Positions 16,901 through 25,787 of a DNA stretch of 64,000 bases are shown in pieces. The notes beneath the pieces were generated by a model. The model was not told the origin of the DNA. It saw nothing but the letters and a program-made list of their open reading frames with translations, and searched no databases. How positions within the stretch are numbered: position 1 is the first letter of the stretch; each line of letters opens with the position of its first letter. This stretch comes from Arenicellales bacterium (GTDB lineage: Bacteria; Pseudomonadota; Gammaproteobacteria; Arenicellales; Poriferihabitantaceae): NCBI GenBank assembly GCA_963457535.1, contig OY734803.1, positions 163,943 to 227,942 on the forward strand, given 5' to 3'. The translations under genes were made by a program, and so were the position numbers.

Positions 16901-19459
16901 GCCAAGGTTGACGAAACCGTCGTGCGGCTCCTCCCATCGGACGGTGATCGTGCGCCCGGCGGCGCTTGCCGACGGATTCAGCGGCGCCGCCGGCGGCCCC
17001 TGGCGTTTGACCTCAATGGCATAGATTTTTTGCGTGCTGCCGTCTTCGGCGGTAACCGCGATGCGCACGAGTTTGCCGACGCCGGCGACCAGGTTAATCG
17101 CCGAACTCGCCGCGCCGCTGGTCCCGGCGACCGGCGTTTCGGCGTCTTCCTGCAGCGTGAACCGTGCGCTGGTGTCGGCAAGCGTGGCGGTAACGGTGAT
17201 GCTCGTTGCCTGCGCATTTAACAGAAACAATTCGTAGGTGAGCGTCGCCGCGGTAAACACCGGCGTCAGCCCGCCGGCGGAAGGATGGAGCGCCGAAAGG
17301 TTCGCGTTGGAACTCTTGCGCGGAGTCGCCTGCGCGTCGCTCCACGCGCCGATGCCGGCGCTGTTGACCGCGGCCGCGGCGACATCGTAAGAAACCGCGT
17401 CCAGCCCGGAAATCGCGTATGCGGTGGAAGACGCCGCGACTTCCACGCCGCACATCGCGTCGTTGTCCGCGTCGTTGTCGTTGCATTCGGCGTCGTCGCC
17501 GCTCGCGTCCTGCCATGCGCCGGGCGTTCCCGAGCCGTCGTCGCTCACCCGCCAGCGCACGCGGTAGGCGGTTACCTCGGCAAAACCGTCGTTCGCCGGC
17601 GCATTCCAGTCCGCCGCAATGCTGCGCACGCCCGCGGCCGCCGAGAAATTCGCCGGCGCATCCGGCACATTGAGGCGCCTGACCGTGATGACATAGGTTC
17701 GCCGCGCGTTTCCGTCGTCGGCGGTAACCGCGATGCGAAAAACCCTGCTTGCGCCGGCATCAATGGGAAAAGACGAACTTGCGACGCCGCTGGCGCCGGC
17801 GGCCGGCGTTCCGCTTCCTTCCTGCAGCGTAAAGGCGGCGTTTTGCTGGTTTAGCGTGGCGGTGATGGCGATGCCGCTTTCGGCGCGGTCCAGCAGGACT
17901 TCGTAGGTGCGCCACACCGAGGCAAATGCCGGCGAAAGTTGCCCGGCCGACACCGCGAGATTGGAGAGAGTCGCGTCGGCGGACACGATCGGCGTCCCCT
18001 GCTGCACCGCGCTCCACGCGCTGGCGCCGGCGCTATTCACCGCCGCCGCCGAGACATCGTAGAGGGCGAGTTCCAGTCCGGTGATGAGATACAAGGTGGC
18101 GGCGTCGGAACTTAAGGCGACTTCCTCGCCGCACATGTGGTCGTTGTCCGCGTCGTTGTCGTTGCATTCGGCGTCGGCGCCGTTCGCGTCCTGCCATGCG
18201 CCGGGTGCGGTGCCGGGCCCGGAACCGTCGGCGTCGGCGAGCCGCCAGCGCACGCGGTAGGAAGCCGCCGCGCCGCTGCCGGCGAGAATTTGAGTTTCAA
18301 GGCCGCGCTCGCGGCTGCCCAAAGCGGACAGTTGCGGAACGCCCGGCGTCTGCACCGAGGACGGAGTGGCGCTCTGCGTCGTGGACCAGGTTCCCGCGCC
18401 AAAAGTGTTCAGCCCGCGCACCCGCACATCGTAGGTCAATGCGTCGTCCAGACCGGTGATGTCAGCCATCAGAGCGGCGACATGCCGGCCGCAATCCAGC
18501 GACGCGCCGGGGTCGGCGGGCGGCGCGGCCGCGCAGTCCGCGTCGTCGCCGCTTTCGTCCTGCCATGCGCCGGCGGTTTGCGCGCCGGCGCCGTCCGGGT
18601 CGGCGGTGCGCCAAGTCACCCGGTAGGCGTCGGAGAGAGGGTCGGTTAATTCCCAACTGGCGCGCAGCGCCGAACCCAGACCGGAAAGCGAAACCGCCGG
18701 AGCCCCGGGCACGGCGGTCGCGGTCACCGGCGCGTTGCGGTTAATGATCACTTCGGTGAAAGATGAATAGATCCTTCCGGAGTCGGCGGCGACCGAGCCG
18801 ACATTAAAAAAATTCTTGCCGACCGACAATGCCACCTCCGCGGTGGTCGCGCCGCTGGCGGCCGTTTCCAAGTCTCCGCCGGAAATTTGCATTCCAAAAT
18901 CTCCGCCGCCGAGGGTTACGCCGGTCGCCGAAACGCCGACCACATCGGCGGATACACCCGGCGTATCGACGATGCCGGTGTTGAGCAGGCTGTAAGTCAG
19001 CGTCTGCCCGTTTGACAAATGCAGTGTCAGCGAAGGCAGCCGGCCGTTGCCGATGATGAGGCCGGTAGAGGGCGACCATGTGGTAACGCCGCCGACCACC
19101 GCGGCGATCTGCACATCAATGCGCCCTGCGTCAAATTCCCGGCGGACGCCGCCTGAGGTGCTGTCCTCAATGGTATAAGTGAGGGCGGTGCCGGCCGAGA
19201 CGCCGTCGGCGCCGCCGGCGTTGACCCAATTTGTGGAGCCTTCGCCTTTCGCCCAGCGGAGTTTGTATTCGGTCGCGGTTCCGCTCTCCGGCGCCTGCCA
19301 CGCGGCGACGATGCTCCAAAAATTGGTGTTTTGTGTCAGCGTGATGGAAGTCGGCTGCGCCAGCGCCTGCGGCGACTGAAACAGCGCGGCCAGGCAAAAA
19401 ACCGCCGCGGCAAACAACGCCGCGCGCGCGCGGAAAAGCGTTTGGATTTTCGCGGGCAT
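13910..19459 (-). CDS. Giant secreted repeat protein P2 (same architecture as P1, longest copy)
   Basis: The start is set at the conserved MPAKIQTLFRARAALFAAAVFCLAALF (ATG 19457-19459). The upstream ATG at 19474 is not conserved in copy 1. It has FN3, cadherin-like and He_PIG repeats, and ends FAGFTVNDEAATAANIAGLLPGG. Confidence 0.9.
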   Translation of the reverse strand: MPAKIQTLFRARAALFAAAVFCLAALFQSPQALAQPTSITLTQNTNFWSIVAAWQAPESGTATEYKLRWAKGEGSTNWVNAGGADGVSAGTALTYTIEDSTSGGVRREFDAGRIDVQIAAVVGGVTTWSPSTGLIIGNGRLPSLTLHLSNGQTLTYSLLNTGIVDTPGVSADVVGVSATGVTLGGGDFGMQISGGDLETAASGATTAEVALSVGKNFFNVGSVAADSGRIYSSFTEVIINRNAPVTATAVPGAPAVSLSGLGSALRASWELTDPLSDAYRVTWRTADPDGAGAQTAGAWQDESGDDADCAAAPPADPGASLDCGRHVAALMADITGLDDALTYDVRVRGLNTFGAGTWSTTQSATPSSVQTPGVPQLSALGSRERGLETQILAGSGAAASYRVRWRLADADGSGPGTAPGAWQDANGADAECNDNDADNDHMCGEEVALSSDAATLYLITGLELALYDVSAAAVNSAGASAWSAVQQGTPIVSADATLSNLAVSAGQLSPAFASVWRTYEVLLDRAESGIAITATLNQQNAAFTLQEGSGTPAAGASGVASSSFPIDAGASRVFRIAVTADDGNARRTYVITVRRLNVPDAPANFSAAAGVRSIAADWNAPANDGFAEVTAYRVRWRVSDDGSGTPGAWQDASGDDAECNDNDADNDAMCGVEVAASSTAYAISGLDAVSYDVAAAAVNSAGIGAWSDAQATPRKSSNANLSALHPSAGGLTPVFTAATLTYELFLLNAQATSITVTATLADTSARFTLQEDAETPVAGTSGAASSAINLVAGVGKLVRIAVTAEDGSTQKIYAIEVKRQGPPAAPLNPSASAAGRTITVRWEEPHDGFVNLGGYLVRWRRSDAGSGSPGPWQDANGEDAECNDNNAGNDALCGVEVAASSTAYTISGLDKASYDVAVAALNFHGPSAWSEAQAAPSGLDDATLSALAMSSGNLSPAFDAATTEYTAVVPNQDAEVGITATLNDEHASFTLQVDSGTPAAGASGVASAPTSIAVGASVTFKIAVTSDDGTAEKTYTVVATRPILPNAPANLKVTPGRAAFSLDWDEPAAVAGAPITGYRVRFTTVTPPTWNGNNGADGITTGSADATWNLTRNGTLWFAVASVSEAGQSEWSAAQGPVSTSSTNPDPPRNLSAVSANELQVRWQAPTDPDVQSYRVRWKADGVNTYTPELRVAATMTSIANLPSGKYDVQVAALEAGVDDAITSATLSSVWASATFDAAATDNADLRELSVVNAADQTALAPGFSFDRETLSYEITVDNATASVALRPTTANSGASIRVTAGTAAAAALAGGAEASANLQKGVPFTVRFAVTSADGSATKTYSVTLIRTPDALRISGPAEIFYYTGAPVTTVLPAASGGFPPYSYFVYRLGQTRNDPLPDGFSFDADARALTGDFDPENVGVGGLTWDLQYQVVDSARTPQGDLHTLNTAIARPVVFASAVPAALTFEYNTARNLGLPTANGGFAPLSYALSGDTLPPGLAFTKSSRALGGTPTQGGLFRITYSAQDRIAGDSGTARADIDLTVTAGPASALSDLAVTPADQRLVLRWTAPADADLGGGVLRDYRVRWAEGSGSTSWVDANGVSTGGTDAFYTISGLTNGTAYSVQVAAVNSAGTGAWSTSAEGTPQEVLAFATPQADLIFLADTQLASPVVLPAAEHGTTPYTYEVSGLPSGLAFDEGTREISGTPAAGTDAQITYTVTDNVGNTAEQEFSIRTATFDLDLDTADGNAAAAATVRDGIITARYLLGSRGPSLIRGQSAGNFRDYESSLQDGVATNALDVDGDGDSDETDGFLIARYLFGLRGDELFAGFTVNDEAATAANIAGLLPGG

Positions 19460-19549
19460 TTGTCGGCTCAACATTAAAAAGAAAACAGGGAGCCGGGATT
19501 ATACATTTGCCGGCGGCGGCCGGTAGAATGCGGCGCGCAGGACGAAACA

Positions 19550-20095
19550 ATGAAATTTTGGGGCAGGAAGAAAGCCGCGCAACTGGCGCGGCGGCGCAAT
19601 CTGCGCATACTCCCGCGGCGCATGCGTCCGCGGCGAAAGCGGGCGGCCATCGCGGAAAATTTGCGCGGCTGCGCTTTTGCGCGGCTGTGGCGGCGGACGC
19701 CGCTGATGCCGAAACCGGCCGACCAAAAAAAATTCAAAGACCTTGCAGGCAGGCGCGAAGTGGAGACGCCGGCGGCGCTGCTGCCGGGCGAATTAAGCGC
19801 CAAGGGGCACAATCTGGCGTGGCTTTCGCAGCAGACCATCGGCAAGATCAAGGCGCGGCACCCCAAAGTAACGCCGGCGGACATGCTGCTCGCGCAAAAA
19901 GCCGGCGACGGCGCGGATGTCTTTCGCCAGGGCGCGCGGGAGTGGATCGGCTTTGCGCGCGACTGCGCGGGGAAGTTGTGGGCGGCCGCTTGGAAGCGAA
20001 ACGCCGACGGGAAAATCTACATCACGAGCATTCACCGCGCCCGGCCGGCGCAATTGCGGCGGGCGGCGAAGAAATGGCGGAGGGTGAGGAAATGA
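19550..20095 (+). CDS. Small basic protein, divergent from P2; PBECR/Barnase-EndoU-RelE-like pattern (weak)
   Basis: 181 aa with the same promoter, SD and first 16 aa as the ORF at 12993. The remainder differs: IGKIKARHPKVTPADMLLAQ...ADVFRQGAREWIGFARDCAGKLWAAAWKRNADGKIYITSIHRARPAQL. Confidence 0.5.
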   Translation: MKFWGRKKAAQLARRRNLRILPRRMRPRRKRAAIAENLRGCAFARLWRRTPLMPKPADQKKFKDLAGRREVETPAALLPGELSAKGHNLAWLSQQTIGKIKARHPKVTPADMLLAQKAGDGADVFRQGAREWIGFARDCAGKLWAAAWKRNADGKIYITSIHRARPAQLRRAAKKWRRVRK

Positions 20096-20194
20096 GCACT
20101 TGGGAGGCGCCAACACGATCCTCCACAGGTCGCACTCCAACAGCAAAAAAGTTCCTCAGTGAGTGCTCCGGCTATGGCAATGGCTCAAGTGCTC
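20094..20194. other. Candidate structured RNA or cis element (11-bp closing stem enclosing internal hairpins)
   Basis: GAGCACTTGGG (20094-20104) pairs with CTCAAGTGCTC (20184-20194). Internal hairpins are GGAGG/CCTCC and GCACTC(20132-20137)/GAGTGC(20161-20166). A partly covarying copy lies at 25488-25555. The strand is undetermined. Confidence 0.3.
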
Positions 20195-20200
20195 GCGGAC

Positions 20201-20227
20201 ATCTTACCACTGCGGGGGTCTTGTCAA
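20201..20227 (-). promoter_or_regulatory. Sigma70-like promoter facing P2, antisense to the small ORF
   Basis: The minus strand reads CCGCTTGACA (20222-20227), 15 nt, TAAGAT (20201-20206). The predicted TSS coincides with the 5' end of the structured element. Confidence 0.4.
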
Positions 20228-20237
20228 GCGGTTTGCG

Positions 20238-20287
20238 CAAAAAATCCGGCGGGGATTTTGGCGGAGTTTTACCCTTGCCGCCCCGCC
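20238..20287 (-). terminator. Rho-independent terminator of P3
   Basis: The sequence is identical to the terminator at 13852-13901 and begins 9 nt after the P3 stop. Confidence 0.55.
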
Positions 20288-20295
20288 CTGCCCGC

Positions 20296-23200
20296 TCACC
20301 CGCCCGGCAGCAGGCCGGCGATGTTTGCCGCGGTGGCGGCTTCGTCGTTCACGGTGAATCCGGCGAAAAGTTCGTCTCCGCGCAGGCCGAACAAGTAGCG
20401 CGCGATGAGGAAGCCGTCGGTTTCATCGGAGTCGCCGTCGCCGTCCACATCCAGCGCGTTGGTGGCGACGCCGTCCTGCAGCGAGGATTCGTAGTCGCGG
20501 AAATTGCCGGCGCTTTGTCCGCGAATCAAGGAGGGACCGCGCGAGCCGAGCAAATATCTTGCGGTGATGATGCCGTCGCGGACGGTTGCCGCGGCCGCGG
20601 CGTCTCCATCGGCGGTGTTCAGGTCCAAATCAAAAGTCGCGGTGCGAATGGAGAATTCCTGTTCGGCGGTGCCGCCGACGTTGTCGGTGACGGTGTAGGT
20701 GATTTGCGCGTCGGTTCCGGCGGCGGGCGTGCCGGAGATTTCGCGGGTGCCTTCGTCAAAGGCGAGTCCGGACGGCAGGCCGCTCACTTCGTAGGTATAG
20801 GGAGTGGAGCCGTGCTCTGCCGCGGGCAGCACCACCGGAGACGCAAGTTGCGTGTCCGCGAGGAAAATCAAATCGGCCTGCGGCGTTGCGAACGCCAGCA
20901 CTTCCTGCGGCGTTCCTTCGGCGGAAGTTGACCACGCGCCGGTGCCGGCGCTGTTGACCGCGGCGACTTGCACCGAATAGGCGGTGCCATTTGTCAGGCC
21001 GGGGATTGTGTAGAACGCGTCGGTTCCCCCGGTGGAAACACCATTGGCGTCCACCCATGAAGTGGAGCCGCTTCCCTCGGCCCAGCGGACGCGGTAATCG
21101 CGCAACACGCCGCCGCCGAGGTCGGCGTCTGTCGGCGCGGTCCAGCGCAACACGAGTCGCTGGTCGGCCGGGGTAACCGCCAGACCGTTGAGCGCGGACG
21201 CGGGTCCGGCGGTCACGGTCAAATCTATGTCGGCGCGCGCAACGCCGGCGCCGGTTGCGATGTCGTCCTGCGCCGAATAAGTGATGCGATACAGTCCGCC
21301 CTGCGTCGGCGTGCCGCCAAGGGTGCGCGAGGATTTTGTGAACGCCAGCCCGGGCGGCAATGCGTCTCCGCTCAGCGCATAACTGACCGACGGAAAGCCT
21401 CCGTTCGCGGCCGGCAGCACCACATTCCTGGCGGTGTTGTATTCAAAAGTCAGCGCAACCGGCGCGGCGGTCGCGAATGTTACCGGCCGGGCAATCGTGA
21501 CTGCAAGAGACTGCCGGACATCTGTTCTGGATTTACTGGAATCCAGCGCAAAGTAAACCGGATTCCAGCGTCGCAGCGAGGCGCCGAGGAGCGCGGCGGC
21601 GACATCGCCGGTCAGGGTGCGCGTGTTCGGGTCAAAAGAAAGTTCGTCCGGCAATGCCCGGCCCCCGGGCAAAAAGAGCGCGTAGGAATACGGCGGGAAA
21701 CCGCCGATCGCCTCCGGCAGAACGGTCGTGGCCGGAATGCCCCCGTAGAATCGGAATTCCTCCAACTGGGGAATGTCCAGCCGCTCCGGGGTGCGAGTGA
21801 GTGTCATGCTGTAGGTCTTGGTCGCGCTTCCGTCGGCGGAAGTCACCGCGAAACGGACGGTGAGAGGAATGCCCTTTTGCAAATTCACGCTGACTTCCGC
21901 CCCGCTGGCGAGCGCGGCCGGCGCGGCCGTGCCGGCGGTGACGCGAATGTTCGCGCCGGAATTCGCGGTTGTCGGGCGCAGCGCGACGCTCGCGGTTGTT
22001 CTGTCCACGGTGATTTCATAAGCCAGCGTATCCTTGTCAAAGGAAAAGCCCGGCAGATTCTCATTCGCGGTCAGACTCTGCAGATCCGCGCTGTCCTCGC
22101 CGACAAAATCAAAGGACGCGCCGGCCCAGACGCTGCCGGCGGTGGTCGCCGCGTTAAACGTGCCGCCGACGGCGATTTCCAGCGCGGCCACCTGCACATC
22201 GTATTTGCCGGGGGTCAAATTGGGAATGGAGACCATGGTGGTGGCGACGCGCGCCGATGCGGTGTAGGTGGAGACGCCGTCCGGCTTCCAGCGCGTGCGG
22301 TAACTCTGCACATCGGCGTCGTTCGGCGCGCGCCAGCGCACCTGCAGCGCGCCGCCCGCGGAGACCGCCGAGAAGCCGCGCGGCGGGTCGGGGTTGACCG
22401 GCGGCGCGGCTGAAAAGCCGTCGCTCTCCACCCATGCGCTTCGCCCGGCTTCGCTGACCGAGGCGACCGCAAAGCGGTAGGTATTGCCCTGCTGCACACT
22501 CGGCGAGTTCCAAGTCGCGTCGGCGCTGCCGGTGGCGACGCCCGACGCGCCGCCGGTGCCGTCCCATGTGCTGCCGCCCAGCGCCGACCAGCGCACCCGG
22601 TATTCGGTGATGGGCGCGCCGGCGACCGCGGCCGGCACATTCCAATCCAGGGAAAACGCGAGTCGTCCGGGGATTACCAGCAGATTGCTCGGCGGATTCG
22701 GCAGGACCTGGCGGGTCGCGACCACGCGGTAGGTCTTTTGCGCCGAGCCGTCGTCGGCGGTCACCACGATGGTGAAGGTGATGCTCGCGCCGACATCCAG
22801 CGCGGTCGGCGTGCTTGCCGTGCCGCTGGTTCCGGCGGCCGGCGTTCCGCTGTCCACTTGCAGCGTGAAAGACGCGTGTTCGTCGTTCAGCGTCGCGGTG
22901 ATGCCGACTTCGGCGCTGGCGTTCGGGGTAACCGAGGTGTAGTCGGCGGTGTCCGCGTCAAACGCCGGCGACAAATCGCCGGAGGACATTTCCAGCGCGG
23001 AGAGGGTCGCGTCAATATTCGGCAGCGGCGTAACTTGCGCGGCGCTCCACGCGCTTGCGCCGGCGCTGTTGACCGCGGCCGCCGCGACATCGTAGGCGGA
23101 TTTTTCCAGACCGGAGATTGTATAACTGCGCGCCGATGCGGCGACGCTTTCGCCGCAATCGTTGTCGGTGGCGGTGTCGCCGTCATTGCATTCGGCGTCG

Positions 23201-25185
23201 TCGCCGCTCGCGTCCTGCCAGGGTCCGGGGCTGCCGGAGCCGTCGTCGCGCAACCGCCAGCGAACGCGGTAGTTGCTGATGGCGGCAAAACCGTCGCTCG
23301 CCGGCGGCTGCCAGTTAACGGTGATCTCGCGCCGCCCGGCGACCGTGGTCGGATTCGTCGGCGCGCCCGGCACGCCGACGCGCTTGACCACGATGACATA
23401 GGTCTCCTGCGAACTCCCGTCATCGGCGGTAACCGCGATGCGAAAGGTCTTTTCGCCGCCGGCGTCAATGGAAAACTCGGAACTCGCGGTTCCGCTCACG
23501 CCGGCCGCCGGGGTTTCGCTGTCTTCCTGCAGAGTGAATTGCGCGTTGGCTTGGTTCAGCATCGCGGTGATTGCGGTGCCGGTCTCGCTGTTGGCGAGCA
23601 ATGCGTCATAGGAAAAAGTCGCGTCGTCAAAGGACGGCGTCAGCGAGCCGGGGGAAATCGCCAGCGCCAGCAGGGTCGCATCGGTGGAGGCGAGCGGAGT
23701 CGCCTGCGCCGCGGTGTCGCCGCTCCACGCGCTCGCGCCGGCGCTGTTGACCGCGGCCACCGCGACATCGTAGGAGACCTTGTCCAGTCCGGTAATCGCA
23801 TAGGAGGTCGCCGATGACGCGACTTCCACGCCGCACATCGCTTCGTTGCTCGCGTCGTTGTCGTTGCATTCGGCGTCATCGCCGCTCGCGTCCTGCCAGG
23901 GTCCCGGCGTTCCGGTGCCGCTGACGCGCCAGCGCACGCGGTAGGAGGCGACCGGGCGGTCGCTGTCTTCGGCCGGGGCGGTCCAGGAAAAATTAATCGC
24001 GCGCACCGCGGCGGCTGCGGTCGGGCTGGTCGGCGTTGCCGGGGCGGTTACCGAGAGCGGGCTGCGGCTTTGCACCGCCGACCATGCGCCGGCTCCGAAA
24101 GTGTTCAGTCCGCGCACCCGCACATCGTAGGTCAGCGTGTTGTCCAGTTCGGCGATGGTGAAGTTGCCGGATTCGCCGCGGTCAATATACTTGCCGCAGG
24201 CAACCGAGGTTCCGGGGTCGTTTGCCGGGGCGGCGGCGCAGTCGGCGTCGTCGCCGGCGTCGTTCTGCCAGGCGCCGGCGGTCTGCGCGCCGGCGCCGTC
24301 CGGGTCGGCTGTGCGCCAGGTCGCCCGCCAGCCCTGCGCGTTGTGCGGCGCTTGCGACAGGTAATTGACGCGCAGCGCGGCATCCAGACCGTCAAGCGTC
24401 ACCGTGGGCGCCGACGGCGCGGCGGTTGCAGTTCCCGGATTCAAGCGCGAAACAAGTATATTGATCAGCGGGCCCAACTGGCCGTCGCCGGTCTCCGCTT
24501 CAATCGCCTGAAATGAATTGAAGCCCGGCGCCAGCGGAATCACCTCCGTGCTCGCGCCGCTGGCGGCGCGCCTGCGGTTCGCCGCCGGGCCAAATTGGAA
24601 ATCTCCGCCGCCCAGTGTGGTCGCGGTCGCCGCAATGCCGTCCACAAAGGACGACACATTGTCCAGGGAGTGGCTCGTTCCCGTTAGGTCGATCACTTGG
24701 GAGCGAAACAATTCGCTTCCGACATACAGGCCCAAGGTCAGCGAGGTGAGCGAACTGCTGCCGACCACGATGCCGGCCGAGGCCGACCAAGCGGTCGCGC
24801 CGGAGACTTCGGCGCCGACTTGCACGTCGTATCGCCCGTCTGCCAGATTGCCCGGGAAGTCTTCGTCCTCCGGCTCGGTTATGGTGTAACTGAGCGTGCC
24901 GGCGGCGACGGAAACGCCGCTTGCGCCGCCGGTGTTGACCCATGCGGTGGAGCCGGCGCCTTGCGCCCAGCGGACTTTGTATGCGGTGACCGTGCCGGAG
25001 GCCGGCGCCGCCCAGCGGACTTCTATCAAACTGAAGCCGCCGCTGTCGCGGTGGTTTTGCTCCAGTTTCACCGAAGTCGGCTGCGCCAGCGCATCTTGCG
25101 CCGAAAACAGCGCGGGCAGGCAAAAAACCGCCGCGGCAAACAACGCCGCGCGCGGGCGGAGGAGGTGTCGGATTTTCGCGGGCAT
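20296..25185 (-). CDS. Giant secreted repeat protein P3 (mosaic of P1-like and P2-like segments)
   Basis: The start is set at the conserved MPAKIRHLLRPRAALFAAAVFCLPALF (ATG 25183-25185). The middle is nearly identical to P1 over long stretches. The C-terminus is identical to P2 (FAGFTVNDEAATAANIAGLLPGG). Confidence 0.9.
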   Translation of the reverse strand: MPAKIRHLLRPRAALFAAAVFCLPALFSAQDALAQPTSVKLEQNHRDSGGFSLIEVRWAAPASGTVTAYKVRWAQGAGSTAWVNTGGASGVSVAAGTLSYTITEPEDEDFPGNLADGRYDVQVGAEVSGATAWSASAGIVVGSSSLTSLTLGLYVGSELFRSQVIDLTGTSHSLDNVSSFVDGIAATATTLGGGDFQFGPAANRRRAASGASTEVIPLAPGFNSFQAIEAETGDGQLGPLINILVSRLNPGTATAAPSAPTVTLDGLDAALRVNYLSQAPHNAQGWRATWRTADPDGAGAQTAGAWQNDAGDDADCAAAPANDPGTSVACGKYIDRGESGNFTIAELDNTLTYDVRVRGLNTFGAGAWSAVQSRSPLSVTAPATPTSPTAAAAVRAINFSWTAPAEDSDRPVASYRVRWRVSGTGTPGPWQDASGDDAECNDNDASNEAMCGVEVASSATSYAITGLDKVSYDVAVAAVNSAGASAWSGDTAAQATPLASTDATLLALAISPGSLTPSFDDATFSYDALLANSETGTAITAMLNQANAQFTLQEDSETPAAGVSGTASSEFSIDAGGEKTFRIAVTADDGSSQETYVIVVKRVGVPGAPTNPTTVAGRREITVNWQPPASDGFAAISNYRVRWRLRDDGSGSPGPWQDASGDDAECNDGDTATDNDCGESVAASARSYTISGLEKSAYDVAAAAVNSAGASAWSAAQVTPLPNIDATLSALEMSSGDLSPAFDADTADYTSVTPNASAEVGITATLNDEHASFTLQVDSGTPAAGTSGTASTPTALDVGASITFTIVVTADDGSAQKTYRVVATRQVLPNPPSNLLVIPGRLAFSLDWNVPAAVAGAPITEYRVRWSALGGSTWDGTGGASGVATGSADATWNSPSVQQGNTYRFAVASVSEAGRSAWVESDGFSAAPPVNPDPPRGFSAVSAGGALQVRWRAPNDADVQSYRTRWKPDGVSTYTASARVATTMVSIPNLTPGKYDVQVAALEIAVGGTFNAATTAGSVWAGASFDFVGEDSADLQSLTANENLPGFSFDKDTLAYEITVDRTTASVALRPTTANSGANIRVTAGTAAPAALASGAEVSVNLQKGIPLTVRFAVTSADGSATKTYSMTLTRTPERLDIPQLEEFRFYGGIPATTVLPEAIGGFPPYSYALFLPGGRALPDELSFDPNTRTLTGDVAAALLGASLRRWNPVYFALDSSKSRTDVRQSLAVTIARPVTFATAAPVALTFEYNTARNVVLPAANGGFPSVSYALSGDALPPGLAFTKSSRTLGGTPTQGGLYRITYSAQDDIATGAGVARADIDLTVTAGPASALNGLAVTPADQRLVLRWTAPTDADLGGGVLRDYRVRWAEGSGSTSWVDANGVSTGGTDAFYTIPGLTNGTAYSVQVAAVNSAGTGAWSTSAEGTPQEVLAFATPQADLIFLADTQLASPVVLPAAEHGSTPYTYEVSGLPSGLAFDEGTREISGTPAAGTDAQITYTVTDNVGGTAEQEFSIRTATFDLDLNTADGDAAAAATVRDGIITARYLLGSRGPSLIRGQSAGNFRDYESSLQDGVATNALDVDGDGDSDETDGFLIARYLFGLRGDELFAGFTVNDEAATAANIAGLLPGG

Positions 25186-25269
25186 TTTTCGGCTCGTCAT
25201 TAATTCAAGAAGAGAATGGACATTATACATGCGCCGCCGGGGGTAAAATGCGGGGCGCAGGACGAAACA

Positions 25270-25544
25270 ATGAAATTTTGGCACAGGGAGCAAGCCGCGC
25301 GGCCGGCGCGGATGTTTTTCGCCAGAGCGCGCGGGAGTGGATCGGCTTTGCGCGCGATGACGCGGGGAAGTTGTGGATAGCCGGCTGGAAACAAACCGAC
25401 GACGGCAAGATGTATCTCAACACAATCCATCGCGCAAAGCCGGCGCAATTGCAACAGGCGGAGAAAAAATGGCGGAGGGTGAAAAATGAGCGCCTGGGGG
25501 TGGGCAAATCTCCCCTCATGGCTCAAGGCCGGTTATGCCGCTGA
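25270..25544 (+). pseudogene. Deletion and frameshift remnant of the small divergent ORF (copy 3)
   Basis: ATG 25270 with the conserved MKFW start runs into a stop at 25378-25380. The C-terminal homology (ADVFRQSAREWIGFARDDAGKLWIAGWKQTDDGKMYLNTIHRAKPAQL) sits in another frame. About 330 bp present in copy 2 are missing. Confidence 0.65.
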
Positions 25545-25562
25545 CTCAAGCGCTCGCGAATT

Positions 25563-25590
25563 ATCTTACCGCCCTGCTCCGCCGTGTCAA
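25563..25590 (-). promoter_or_regulatory. Sigma70-like promoter facing P3
   Basis: The minus strand reads CCGCTTGACA (25585-25590), 16 nt, TAAGAT (25563-25568). Confidence 0.4.
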
Positions 25591-25787
25591 GCGGATTGTG
25601 GAAAAAAGTTCGCCGGTTTTTGCGGTTTTTTGGGGAATTTTCCCTTGTGCGCCGCTTTTTGCGGCGGGATAAAGCGTGGTTTGTGCAACCTCAATATCCG
25701 AGGGTATGCTATTATCCGTGCCCATCTTCTCCCGCCCCAGTTGTGCGGGAATTGCGGCCAATGAAAACCGCGTTCGCGGAGGAAAAA

